Notes under the pieces: model-generated | What the model was told of the DNA's origin: nothing | What the model saw: the letters and a program-made list of their open reading frames with translations, nothing else | Database searches by the model: none | Program-made: the position numbers and the translations under genes | In this document: one piece after another, positions 28,207-40,803 of the stretch | Numbering within the stretch: position 1 is the first letter of the stretch | Layout of the letters: each line of letters starts with the position of its first letter | From: Thermoplasmata archaeon | Lineage (GTDB): Archaea; Thermoplasmatota; Thermoplasmata; Halarchaeoplasmatales; Halarchaeoplasmataceae | Length of the DNA stretch: 64,000 bases | Assembly (NCBI GenBank): GCA_046538435.1 | Contig: JBKHIX010000001.1 | Coordinates: 184 to 64,183 of the forward strand | Reading direction: 5' to 3'

Positions 28207-31200
28207 CTCTTCTTTTTAAGTATGTAATATGCACCGACTGCCACTAATATCACTATCAATACCCACTGCCATGTTTTTAACGAAAATTCCTCTTCTTCAA
28301 GTCTTACTCCGCCATCTTTCATATCTATGGAACCAATCTGTGATAATTGTGGCATTTCCGTTTCATATTGTTCTGTAGAACTTTTTGTTTCATCACCTAC
28401 AGATGTTGCAGTTACTTCTATTTTTACATTCTTATTTGGACGTTCTCTGTTAGAAGTTAGTGAAATTTCTATAGATTTTTCCTCATGAGCATTTATCTTC
28501 TCTGTTATATTCACTACAGATGCATCCCAACCTAAGTTGCTCAGTTCTTTTTTATTTATAATGTTCATCGAATATCTATCTTCTCCATTACCTGTGTTGT
28601 TCAGATTGATGGTATACGTGATAATCCCATTACTGTATTTCTTGTTAGTAATCTCAGGTTTTAATTTGGTACCATATACTTGTTTAACCTCGATAGGTAG
28701 AACCTTTTCCAAGCTTTCATCTGAATTAGCTGAATCTATCCTTAATTTAACTGACTCGTGATCTACTGTTGCATTTTCATCTACTTTTACACTAATTTCT
28801 ACTGTTTTTGTTTCTTTTGGATTCAATGTAATATTTTCTTCTGAATATTTGATTTGCCAATTTGACGTCGAAGATAGTAAATAGGTATCTTTTGTGTTTC
28901 CTGTATTTTTGATTTGAACGTAATATCTTACTCTTTCACTCTGAGCTGCACTTTTCTTTTCTAAATCGTTCACAATTTCTAGACCATATTCTTTTACTTT
29001 ATTCAACCCTATATCTAAATCTCTACTAGTAGTAAATGTATAATCCTTATTAAACTTATATTCAGTCAAACCATATTGAGTATCTCTAGTAGTACTAGCC
29101 TTTAAAGTGTATTTTCCTTTTGGAACGACTGCTCTAAAAGTACCATCTTCTGATACTTCGAATGATTTACTGATCCCCTTACCCTCGAACTCAAGAGAAG
29201 CTGTTACTCTTTCTCCATCAATCGTTAATTTTCCATCGATTCGCACTGCGTCATTTAGATTGATATCCAGAGTCTTTTCCTCGCCCATCTTAAAGTTATC
29301 CAGATAAGAGTAGATATATTGTCCTTTCTTATGAGATACATATACCGTGTATGGGCCCTCAGCTAATCCTAGAGAATAAGCTCCGTCATCACCTGTTTTA
29401 ACAGACGTGGATAGTTTATCAGATATCAATGATATAAATTGTATCTCTACTTCGTCTATATATTGTCCATCGGCTTTCACATCACCGGTCAAAGTTGCAT
29501 TTATTAATTCTCTGTTAAGTTCTAGACTCGGTGATATCGGAGTAGAAATATCATATTCCTCATCATAATAATATCTTACATCCCTAATGGTTCCTTCAAC
29601 ATGCTCTTCAGTCTCATAGTCAATAATTATATTGTATTCGCCAGGAGTCAACGGTATGTTTATCTCTCCATCCTGGTTGCTTATCTCTGTTATTTCATAG
29701 CCAGAGAATTTATTTCTAAAGGTTACTGGAACATCGCCCTTTGTTTCTCCCTTGTAAATCACCTCGGGATTTACCATTACATTGTCATACAACGTGATAT
29801 TCAATTTAGTTGATCCATCGACTACTAATTTCGTCTGTTCAGAGATATCTTTGTCTCGGTTTATTGCTCTTATAGAGTATTCACCTTTTTCCAAATAAAC
29901 GATGTACTCACCTTGTCCAGTTATCTCTTTTTCCTGCGGCCCAACAAAGGTAACTTCAGCATCTACTTTTTCATTATTTTTATCTTTTAGAATACCAGTC
30001 ACTCTATATTCATACACCGGAGTCAAATCAAGATTTAAACTGTCATCACCTGGTGAAATATCAATTGATTTTGAGAGCTCATATTTTGCCTTACCATCAT
30101 CCAACAAGGTATCTATAATCACATTATACTTTCCAGGTTTTAAATCAGCAGTATATGACGTGCCATCAGCTTCTATTTGTTTTGTAATCGCGCCATCACT
30201 TTCTGCTTCAAACTTGATACCTATGTCATCAACATAAGTATTATCGAAAGTCAAATTACCTTTTACAGTAACATTATCAGCGGTTAGTGCAATATTAGAT
30301 TCAAATTCCTTTCCTGGCCTATATGTTTTGGTCACCGTTTCGAAGCCTTCTTTAGAGACCTCAACTTCTGTTTTAGAATCCGGCATCACTAAACTATAAC
30401 TTCCATCTCTTAGCGATGTAAATGTTGCTGTCTTATCACTAGATTCGATCTGTACATTTGCTCTGATTCCTTCACCTTCATCATATTCTCCGTCATTGTT
30501 CATATCTCGATAGATTCTACCTTCTACTAATTCACCTTCTTTGGCCAATAATGAAAGGTATCCAGAACTTTCAACAGTGATTTCATTTAAACTAAATTTC
30601 TTCTGTGCCGTAGTTTCCTTCCAACCATAAACACTGTAAGTACCTTTTGTAAGATCAATATCGAATACACCTGTATGATTACTGGTTACAACAGCTTCTT
30701 CAGAAGGATTGTTTTTGTTAACGAACAAAATGTTGAAATTGTTTTGTCTGAAACCTGCGGAATCCACATGACCTCTTACTCTATAACCCTTCTCGAACTC
30801 AGCTATATAAGTTTCATCCTCTGTGACTGTCACTGTTCCCATATGTACCTGATTTTCTGAACCCTTTTGATATTGACCATATATCCTGTAAGATAACGCT
30901 GGTACTTTGATAGTTGTTTGTCCATCTTCAGCGGTTGATACAGTCCTAGTATAACCGACTCCTTCTTTATCATATATTGATAAACTTTGATATCTAATCC
31001 TATTACCATCTTTGACTGTTTTCAACTTTAATTCATGAGCTTCTGAAATTGATATCTGCTTATCTATAGGAGAACCTGCTTTTATCTCAAAAGTCATCGG
31101 TCCTTTCTTTAAACAATAATTCTCATCTCTTACACTTAAATTGTATGTTCCTGGTACAACATTATCAAAGGTATAATTATCATCTTCTCCTGCTGTAAAG

Positions 31201-34200
31201 GTGGTCTCTTCGTACTTGTCATTATTAACATTCTCAAGCCTTAATGTAAATTCTTTTACCCCAATCTCTTCATCTACTGTGTAATTACCTTTGACTGTAC
31301 CAGTTGAAACAGAGATATCCTCTTGATTATCTGATCCTGGCTCTAATTTTACTCCTGTCAGTTCAGAACTACCAGGGGTATCAGCTTTCACTGTATATTG
31401 GCCGGGTACCAAGTTATTTATTTCGTAACTTCCATTTTCTGCACTAATGGTGTATTCTATTCCTGCTGTTTTGTTTTCTATTATCACATCAGATGAAACC
31501 AATGTATCATTATTTTTATTATATTCCTCATTACCGTCAGTATCGATATAAACTCTTCCAGATAAGTTAGCAGTATCTACGGTAAAATCATGTTTTTTAT
31601 TGTAATCCCAAACGCCATCTGAGTTTTTATCAACTTTTTCTCTCATGGCCTCTTCATCAGTAACCTCAAATTTTTCTTGACCTAGATTTATGGATTCTGT
31701 TTTGAGTAACTTACTGTTTGCAGCCTGATCACTATCTATTCCCCCATTAGTCACTACAACTGAATTGTTCCCTTCAGGAAGTATAACCTCATATCGTCCA
31801 TTTGAATCTGTTCTGGTAACATCATGTGGTGTGAATTCTTCATCTAAAACCGTCACGTTTGCATTAGGTATCGGCTGACTATCGTTTGTTTTCACTGTAC
31901 CCTTTAAGATCGCACCATCGTAATATTCTAAGAATACTACCCCTTGATTCATATAACTTCTAGCAGATCTATCTACTGTCCCTTTCTCCTCTTGTTGATA
32001 TTCTTTTGCCTTATCATATGATATGGCTCTCCAAGAATCGGTATGATTCTCATAATCTTTATAAGGATTATAATAGGCAGTTCTGTAAACCATGCTGAAG
32101 TGCTTCATTCCCCAACTTGGCATTGGGTTATATTGTTGTTGTTGTTGTTGTTGTAGTTGTTGTTGTTGACTACCCTCTAATTGGTCAATACCAGGTATTC
32201 CTTGGTCCAATCCAATTTCTTTACCAGAATAACCTGCCATCACACGATACATTGTCGTGTTATAGAACATTGGCTGGAAGTTTATATTGTAATCAACAAT
32301 CTGGACATTCTCTGGTACGTCTTCTCTTGAATCATATTCCATACCATCACTACCAACCAATTTGATACGATAGAAATCGACCGGTGATCTCTGTTCTCCA
32401 CCTTCGTCTATTCTATATCCTGCTAATTTAGCAGGTGCATAAAATATACCTGTATTTCTAGCGGATTTTGGGAATAATCTGGAATCGGCTGCGAGATATT
32501 TTATTCTTTTATCTAACTCTAAAGATACATCTCTATACAGTGAGGACGTTGTACCTACTCCTTCCTCCGAAAGCATAGCCATAGTATAAGCGTATTTAAC
32601 GTTCTTGGGATGGATATCGTCAGCTCTTGGATAATATCTCTCTGGATTGTTCAATACCTCTTCTTTGTATTTTGGCTCACCAAAATTCGTCATAACCTCT
32701 TCAAGCTTTTCTGTTTTAGCTTCTCCTATATGTTTTATCAATATTTCCTTAACATCCTCGTTAAATTCTCCTTCTTCTTGTATAGGAAGTTCCAACAATC
32801 TTACTGTCATTAAAGATATGACTTCGGATTCATTTTGAGCCATCAATATATTACCCGCCAACATGTATCCTACCTGGAAGTTATCAGCAACTGTTGGATG
32901 TTCTCCTTCTTCAATACATTCGAAACCATAGTCCCACCAACTGAGGAAAGCTGGCCGATCTTTAGGCTCTAAATCTTTATCCTTTTCACTGAACCAATCC
33001 CAAGCTGCCGGCCAATAATCAATAGGTTTATCCATTTGATAACCAAAGGCCCCTAGATACCACGAGTCCTGAGAACTTACATTATAATCTTCAGGTCTCA
33101 TAGCATTAGGCAACGAATTGTAAATCTGATCATTATATTCTTTTTTATCATCAGAAGGTATTCCAGAATCAAATGCATAAAGAACATTTGGCATCAACAC
33201 TAAGAATATCACAGTAAGAATCACTAAGATATGTCTGATCTTTATGCCTTCACGAAGCGCCCTAATATAGTTTCCTCTGAATTTTCTAAATCTAGTAGCT
33301 ATCGAACTGAAGTCTGCCTTATCTATGAGCAAGGCAATGATCCAACCAGCAGTCAAGGCAAATGCTGGTGAAGAATTGAAGATAAATCTAGCAGCAGATG
33401 TTGCCATGTATATTGCAAAAGCAGTCCAAACTAAAACAAACATGAACGGCTTTCTCCAATACTCTTTGAGATGCCAGATCGCAAGAGCTATTCCTAGGAA
33501 TGCCAAGAAGAAAGTTAGAATACCAAAAGATAAGACGATATTACTGAATTGAGGTGCCTGTGCCTCTGCTATAGTACTATACAGTTTATTCTGTATAAAG
33601 TAACCTCCTGCTGAAGAAATTGGTTCTAGTAAACTAGGTAATACGGTAGCGCCTAGACCAATATATATTGCTCCGCCTATTCCTAAAATTGAAAATACTA
33701 GTACCCAGGGAAGATCTCTGGTTATAGTGAAGAATATTCCTACAGCGAAAGCCACCAAGAACATTAATAGAGGTATATCGAACCATTTACCTGGTCCACT
33801 GCTGAGTAAACCAGTGAATATATTGCTTCCTATATTAGCACCTATATAATATGGGGCAGCCACAATAAACGCAACAGCCATAGTTACTCCAACACATGCA
33901 GTAATACCCAACGAATCTTTACCTTGAAATCTATCCACAATTAATTGGAATGCAAAGTAAACAAGTATAATAACCATCACATATGGATAACCTTTCCATG
34001 TCAGAGCTACCGTTGCTGTAGCCATCCCCGCTAAACCTGCATAAAGCAGTGATTTTTTGTTCTTGGCTGCAAATCTACTCAAACCGCTTTTGATCTTCGA
34101 CCATTTAGTCCAGTCTGTGACCCAATTTACCTCTTCAGATATATCTTTTAAAGATCTCATGAAGAAATAGAAAGCTGTTACCGCAAAGAACAGATATATT

Positions 34201-34754
34201 GCATCGTGGTCACCGTTTGTTATTACACTTCTTTGAAGGTGACCTGAACTAACTGCTAGTAAGAATACTGCAGCTATTCCTGCTTTTTTACCGAATGTAT
34301 CTCTGCCTATTAGGTAAACAGGGAATATCGTAAGAGCGCCCCATATACCTGTTGATAGGATGAATGAATATGAAATCGCCTGGCTCATATTTCCAACAAA
34401 TGGATATATAACGTAACCACCTAAAACAACTGACCAACCATAAATTGGGGGTCTTGGGTTACCTGCACCAAACGGATATTTACGTAAATTATCATATAAT
34501 AAATGCTGATGATTTTCTGCAATATAATTAATTATTCTCTCATAATAATAAGCGTCTGAACCTCCTGATAGAAGATACGGTGTTCCAAATTTTGTTGCTA
34601 GTTCAAATGCAAAGTAAACTCGTATGAACAGAGCAATAATGAAAACTCCTACCAAGCAGGTCAACGTTCCCCAGTTTTCTTCCCACCAACGCGTTTTGGA
34701 GGAAGATTGTTCCTTTTCTCTTGAAATTTTATCAAGCCATCTAAAGCTCATCAC
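28194..34754 (-). CDS. aglB: AglB/STT3 oligosaccharyltransferase fused to a ~1300-aa array of beta-sandwich repeats (CarboxypepD_reg-like, CARDB-like) and a C-terminal TM anchor
   Basis: The N-terminal ~870 aa carry the multi-TM STT3 domain with GGSDAYYYER and WWDYG (LSWWDYGFECIEEG) motifs. Then comes the polyQ QQQQLQQQQQQQ. Then at least 8 repeats of the GxYxV...NGxYxxxxLxPGxY type and two CARDB-like modules. The protein ends with the TM anchor WVLIVILVAVGAYYILKKKRWIR. Confidence 0.85.
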   Translation of the reverse strand: MMSFRWLDKISREKEQSSSKTRWWEENWGTLTCLVGVFIIALFIRVYFAFELATKFGTPYLLSGGSDAYYYERIINYIAENHQHLLYDNLRKYPFGAGNPRPPIYGWSVVLGGYVIYPFVGNMSQAISYSFILSTGIWGALTIFPVYLIGRDTFGKKAGIAAVFLLAVSSGHLQRSVITNGDHDAIYLFFAVTAFYFFMRSLKDISEEVNWVTDWTKWSKIKSGLSRFAAKNKKSLLYAGLAGMATATVALTWKGYPYVMVIILVYFAFQLIVDRFQGKDSLGITACVGVTMAVAFIVAAPYYIGANIGSNIFTGLLSSGPGKWFDIPLLMFLVAFAVGIFFTITRDLPWVLVFSILGIGGAIYIGLGATVLPSLLEPISSAGGYFIQNKLYSTIAEAQAPQFSNIVLSFGILTFFLAFLGIALAIWHLKEYWRKPFMFVLVWTAFAIYMATSAARFIFNSSPAFALTAGWIIALLIDKADFSSIATRFRKFRGNYIRALREGIKIRHILVILTVIFLVLMPNVLYAFDSGIPSDDKKEYNDQIYNSLPNAMRPEDYNVSSQDSWYLGAFGYQMDKPIDYWPAAWDWFSEKDKDLEPKDRPAFLSWWDYGFECIEEGEHPTVADNFQVGYMLAGNILMAQNESEVISLMTVRLLELPIQEEGEFNEDVKEILIKHIGEAKTEKLEEVMTNFGEPKYKEEVLNNPERYYPRADDIHPKNVKYAYTMAMLSEEGVGTTSSLYRDVSLELDKRIKYLAADSRLFPKSARNTGIFYAPAKLAGYRIDEGGEQRSPVDFYRIKLVGSDGMEYDSREDVPENVQIVDYNINFQPMFYNTTMYRVMAGYSGKEIGLDQGIPGIDQLEGSQQQQLQQQQQQQYNPMPSWGMKHFSMVYRTAYYNPYKDYENHTDSWRAISYDKAKEYQQEEKGTVDRSARSYMNQGVVFLEYYDGAILKGTVKTNDSQPIPNANVTVLDEEFTPHDVTRTDSNGRYEVILPEGNNSVVVTNGGIDSDQAANSKLLKTESINLGQEKFEVTDEEAMREKVDKNSDGVWDYNKKHDFTVDTANLSGRVYIDTDGNEEYNKNNDTLVSSDVIIENKTAGIEYTISAENGSYEINNLVPGQYTVKADTPGSSELTGVKLEPGSDNQEDISVSTGTVKGNYTVDEEIGVKEFTLRLENVNNDKYEETTFTAGEDDNYTFDNVVPGTYNLSVRDENYCLKKGPMTFEIKAGSPIDKQISISEAHELKLKTVKDGNRIRYQSLSIYDKEGVGYTRTVSTAEDGQTTIKVPALSYRIYGQYQKGSENQVHMGTVTVTEDETYIAEFEKGYRVRGHVDSAGFRQNNFNILFVNKNNPSEEAVVTSNHTGVFDIDLTKGTYSVYGWKETTAQKKFSLNEITVESSGYLSLLAKEGELVEGRIYRDMNNDGEYDEGEGIRANVQIESSDKTATFTSLRDGSYSLVMPDSKTEVEVSKEGFETVTKTYRPGKEFESNIALTADNVTVKGNLTFDNTYVDDIGIKFEAESDGAITKQIEADGTSYTADLKPGKYNVIIDTLLDDGKAKYELSKSIDISPGDDSLNLDLTPVYEYRVTGILKDKNNEKVDAEVTFVGPQEKEITGQGEYIVYLEKGEYSIRAINRDKDISEQTKLVVDGSTKLNITLYDNVMVNPEVIYKGETKGDVPVTFRNKFSGYEITEISNQDGEINIPLTPGEYNIIIDYETEEHVEGTIRDVRYYYDEEYDISTPISPSLELNRELINATLTGDVKADGQYIDEVEIQFISLISDKLSTSVKTGDDGAYSLGLAEGPYTVYVSHKKGQYIYSYLDNFKMGEEKTLDINLNDAVRIDGKLTIDGERVTASLEFEGKGISKSFEVSEDGTFRAVVPKGKYTLKASTTRDTQYGLTEYKFNKDYTFTTSRDLDIGLNKVKEYGLEIVNDLEKKSAAQSERVRYYVQIKNTGNTKDTYLLSSTSNWQIKYSEENITLNPKETKTVEISVKVDENATVDHESVKLRIDSANSDESLEKVLPIEVKQVYGTKLKPEITNKKYSNGIITYTINLNNTGNGEDRYSMNIINKKELSNLGWDASVVNITEKINAHEEKSIEISLTSNRERPNKNVKIEVTATSVGDETKSSTEQYETEMPQLSQIGSIDMKDGGVRLEEEEFSLKTWQWVLIVILVAVGAYYILKKKRWIR
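32134..32169. repeat. (TTG)n/(CAA)n trinucleotide microsatellite encoding the polyQ linker of AglB
   Basis: ttgttgttgttgttgttgttgtagttgttgttgttg read directly from the sequence. Confidence 0.9.
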
Positions 34755-34847
34755 ATTTCACCTGTATAAGATGACACGCCTTTGCCATGTAAGCACCCCT
34801 ATATATAGATTATTCACATATGAAGGGGTATAATTTATTATTATATA

Positions 34848-35987
34848 TTAATCTTTTATTAAAAATTCATCCAACCTATCCTTTGCTTTCTCTCTTTTAC
34901 TTTGATGTTTCTCAAGAAAACCGATGATATTCTCTTTTAAAAGACCTTTGCATTCTCCGCATAATATATCTCCCGATCTGCATCTCTCAGCAATATCTCG
35001 TACCTTCTCATCATCACTTTCGAATATGAAATAACGGAAATTCTGTATTGCACAGATATCTGGATTTCCACCCTTTTCTCTCTGTTCCTGAGCTGAAACT
35101 CTTCCACCAGTAAACGCTTCATTGATCTTATTTTCAACATCCTCTTTTGTATCTGTAGTAAATATAGTAGTCTTAGGTTGACTAGCAGACATTTTACCAA
35201 ATCCATCAAGTGAGGGTGCTAATTTGTTGTGAAGAAGTGCTGGTTTATAGTAATCCAAAGTCTCAGCGATGTCTCTCGTCAATCTAAAATGTGGATCCTG
35301 ATCAATCCCACAAGGGATCACCACAGGTACCTTCCTACCTTCTCTTTCAGTTGGTAGGAAGCATGGAGAAGATTGTATAGCAGTATAGAAAATGCTCCCA
35401 ACATTGGTTGAATTATCGAATCCAAACACAGCTTTCACGTTAGAAAAATTTAATCTTTTAGCTGCTTTAAGTGCTAGAGGATACAATGTATGTATGTAAT
35501 CTGTATCTATAAATATATGAGTCTTTTCTGGATCAAAACCAAGTGCAATTATATCCAACGCATTTTCTAAAGCAAAAGAATGAGTTTTTTCTTGAGTCAT
35601 ATCAAAATCAAATAAAAATTTTTCATCATCAGTTAATTGAAAATACAAATCTACATCGAATTTTTCCTGCATCCATTTAGCAAAAATCCAGGGCATTAAA
35701 TGACCTATATGGGTATGTCCAGAAGGACCCCTTCCAGTATACATAGCGAATTTATTACCTTTCTCGTACTCATCCAAGATCCAATCGAAATCCCTATGTG
35801 AGTAGAATATACCTCTTCTCAACATGAAATGAGTATCACCTACTAGGTCTTCTACTCTATCTATCAAGTCCTCGTCTATATGATCTGTTCCAAATTGCTG
35901 TAATAGTTTTTCATAGTCGATATTTCCTTCGACTTCCCACGGAGTCACTCTAAACTCTTCTTTTTCACTATCTGAATTACCTGGCAT
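34848..35987 (-). CDS. trpS: tryptophanyl-tRNA synthetase (archaeal/eukaryotic type)
   Basis: GRGPSGHTHIGH (HIGH) and KMSAS (KMSKS) motifs and the class Ic pattern. Confidence 0.85.
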   Translation of the reverse strand: MPGNSDSEKEEFRVTPWEVEGNIDYEKLLQQFGTDHIDEDLIDRVEDLVGDTHFMLRRGIFYSHRDFDWILDEYEKGNKFAMYTGRGPSGHTHIGHLMPWIFAKWMQEKFDVDLYFQLTDDEKFLFDFDMTQEKTHSFALENALDIIALGFDPEKTHIFIDTDYIHTLYPLALKAAKRLNFSNVKAVFGFDNSTNVGSIFYTAIQSSPCFLPTEREGRKVPVVIPCGIDQDPHFRLTRDIAETLDYYKPALLHNKLAPSLDGFGKMSASQPKTTIFTTDTKEDVENKINEAFTGGRVSAQEQREKGGNPDICAIQNFRYFIFESDDEKVRDIAERCRSGDILCGECKGLLKENIIGFLEKHQSKREKAKDRLDEFLIKD

Positions 35988-36010
35988 ATTTGTTCAGATT
36001 TTGAAAGTAT

Positions 36011-36490
36011 TTGACCTTTATAAATCCTACCTTACTTTCACTCACCCCTTTCCTCAATGATTATATATTCAATATATTAAAAGAAAAACAAATGAAAAGA
36101 AATACTCATATCGCGGCTTCAATAATATTCGCTATATTTGGAAATATTCTTATCAATATTATATTAAATGGTACTGTTCCTGATAATATTACAAACTTTA
36201 TTTATTTTTTCCTCAACATGCGTGTTTATACCTTCTTAATTATGATCGGTTTTTCAGTTTTAGGAGGTATATTACCAGATATATTAGATCCTCCATTTAC
36301 CAAAAGGCATAGGAGGTATGCTCACAGTAAAATTTTACTCATTATTTTCTTAACCATCTTATTGATCACTGTAGTATTGATCTTTATTAAGAGAGGAAAT
36401 ATTATACTTTGGTCACTATATTATTTTCTAGTCGGTTACATATCTCATTTAGTTTTAGATTCTTTCACCCCTGGAGGTTTATGGGGATAA
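36011..36490 (+). CDS. hypothetical membrane protein (possible membrane-bound metal-dependent hydrolase, DUF457-like)
   Basis: 159 aa, 4 TM; His/Asp residues in GGILPDILDPPF...HRRYAHS; weak. Confidence 0.35.
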   Translation: MTFINPTLLSLTPFLNDYIFNILKEKQMKRNTHIAASIIFAIFGNILINIILNGTVPDNITNFIYFFLNMRVYTFLIMIGFSVLGGILPDILDPPFTKRHRRYAHSKILLIIFLTILLITVVLIFIKRGNIILWSLYYFLVGYISHLVLDSFTPGGLWG

Positions 36491-36558
36491 AAATTTTTCA
36501 AACTTTAAACTAAAACAACCTATCTTTTTTAAAAAAAAGTAAGTAATCATTTCATACA

Positions 36559-36587
36559 CAGACCTGTCTGATGACCAGACTAAGATT
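36559..36587 (-). other. 3' half of the 23S rRNA bulge-helix-bulge processing stem
   Basis: Complementary to 39502-39530 with bulge(3)-helix(4)-bulge(3) geometry; see findings. Confidence 0.7.
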
Positions 36588-39501
<2,914 letters not shown>

Positions 39502-39530
39502 AATCTAAGTCTGGTACACATCCAGGTCTG
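39502..39530 (-). other. 5' half of the 23S rRNA bulge-helix-bulge processing stem
   Basis: aatctaagtctggtacacatccaggtctg pairs with 36559-36587. Confidence 0.7.
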
Positions 39531-39694
39531 CGTATGACTGGTAATCATCGAATCCCTAATACAAGGATTCTATACCCTACCCCGGTAACCCTTTTTCATG
39601 TCACCGAGTGCATTACTTAACAAGTATTTGCGAATATTTAAACTTGATTTCCACGCCGGAAGAACCAAAGGCTTCCACCGTGGGATTCGCTCTT

Positions 39695-39721
39695 AAAAGG
39701 CATGTATTATAAATGCCTTTT
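39695..39721. other. perfect 9-bp inverted repeat AAAAGGCAT-N9-ATGCCTTTT in the spacer upstream of the 23S gene
   Basis: Read directly; the loop GTATTATAA contains a TATA-like string. Confidence 0.3.
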
Positions 39722-39964
39722 GGTTCGTGTTTCCCGCTAATCCTTGGAGTTATTTAAAACCTTCTAATTCTAAATGGTTCTTCCACCTAATACTCTTCGG
39801 GTGCGGAATTGTACATCATCTTTCTAACATTAAAGTCTATCGGTAAATTATATTTGTTACCTATACTTTAATAATATCAAATACCCCTGTCTGACATTCA
39901 GCAGACGTGATTTGAAATGTGATACTTCCAAACATTCATTTATTAAAAAAATTGGTGCAGAAAA

Positions 39965-40798
39965 ATGAAAAAAATACCAACGGGAATAAGTGATCTAGAT
40001 TCTATTATTAAAGGTGGAATACCAGCAGGATCGGTCGTTCTTCTATTGAATGAGATAGGTGCAGGAGGGCTAGAATACCTCTACACAGCATCAGCTAAAT
40101 TATTGAGAGTTATTGATAGCCCTAAAGATATACACCTATTATTAGGAGATGAATGTAGACAATCTATCTTACCTCAAGAAGTACATTATGTAACATTTTC
40201 AAGGTCCATGGAGGACGTACTCGATGAAGTTAAAATCTCTTTTAATCAGGATTATTATGATGTCATAGAAGAAAATCTAAAAATAAAAGATTTTTCAGAA
40301 TCTTACTTCAAAAGAACTATGGTGCCACCAGGATGGACAGGTAAACGAGATAAAAAAAATATATTTTCAGATAACTCAAACTCTGATCTACTGGAAGATT
40401 TGGTAAATTTTCTAGAAGAAAATGCTGAAGACAATATGATTATAATCGATTCTTTAACAGATTTGCTTACAAATTCTTCAATAGATAACGAAAAACTAGT
40501 TACAATAATCAAAGGTATGAGAAGAGCTTCTAAACAATGGGGTGGCGTGATTTATCTATTATTATCTAAAGGCATCATCGAGAAAAGTACGGAATATTTA
40601 TTGATTGATAGTGTCGATGGTGTCTTGACATTCGAATGGTCAAAAAATAGAAGGACCTCTCAGAGACAGCGATATATGCTAGTCGACAAATTCATGAGTG
40701 TTTTACCACATCTTAAAAGAGAAAAGATAGCTAGATTTACAGCAGAGGTAACTGACTATGAGGGGTATACTGTAGTTAATTATGAAAAAATTAGGTGA
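39965..40798 (+). CDS. KaiC/RecA-superfamily paralog with a degenerate (inactive) Walker A
   Basis: GISDLDSIIKGGIPAGSVVLLLNEIGAGGLEY aligns to the KaiC-like N-terminus, but GxxGxGKT is replaced by GAGGLE. Confidence 0.5.
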   Translation: MKKIPTGISDLDSIIKGGIPAGSVVLLLNEIGAGGLEYLYTASAKLLRVIDSPKDIHLLLGDECRQSILPQEVHYVTFSRSMEDVLDEVKISFNQDYYDVIEENLKIKDFSESYFKRTMVPPGWTGKRDKKNIFSDNSNSDLLEDLVNFLEENAEDNMIIIDSLTDLLTNSSIDNEKLVTIIKGMRRASKQWGGVIYLLLSKGIIEKSTEYLLIDSVDGVLTFEWSKNRRTSQRQRYMLVDKFMSVLPHLKREKIARFTAEVTDYEGYTVVNYEKIR

Positions 40799-40803
40799 TA
40801 GAT

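Noticed and set aside
28537-34833. Numerous 60-110 aa plus-strand ORFs antisense to the AglB gene (e.g. 29902-30237, 32117-32365 with its poly-Val from the microsatellite)
   Set aside because: They are shadow ORFs of the 6.5-kb minus-strand CDS; their composition is low-complexity and none has a start context.
36491-36587. A 5S rRNA or 16S rRNA adjacent to the 23S
   Set aside because: The ~100 nt 3' of the 23S and the ~430 nt 5' of it contain no 5S-like or SSU-like sequence; protein genes follow on both sides.
39965-40798. Calling the first KaiC-like gene RadB or a functional KaiC
   Set aside because: Its Walker A is absent (GAGGLE), so only the fold can be asserted, not the function.
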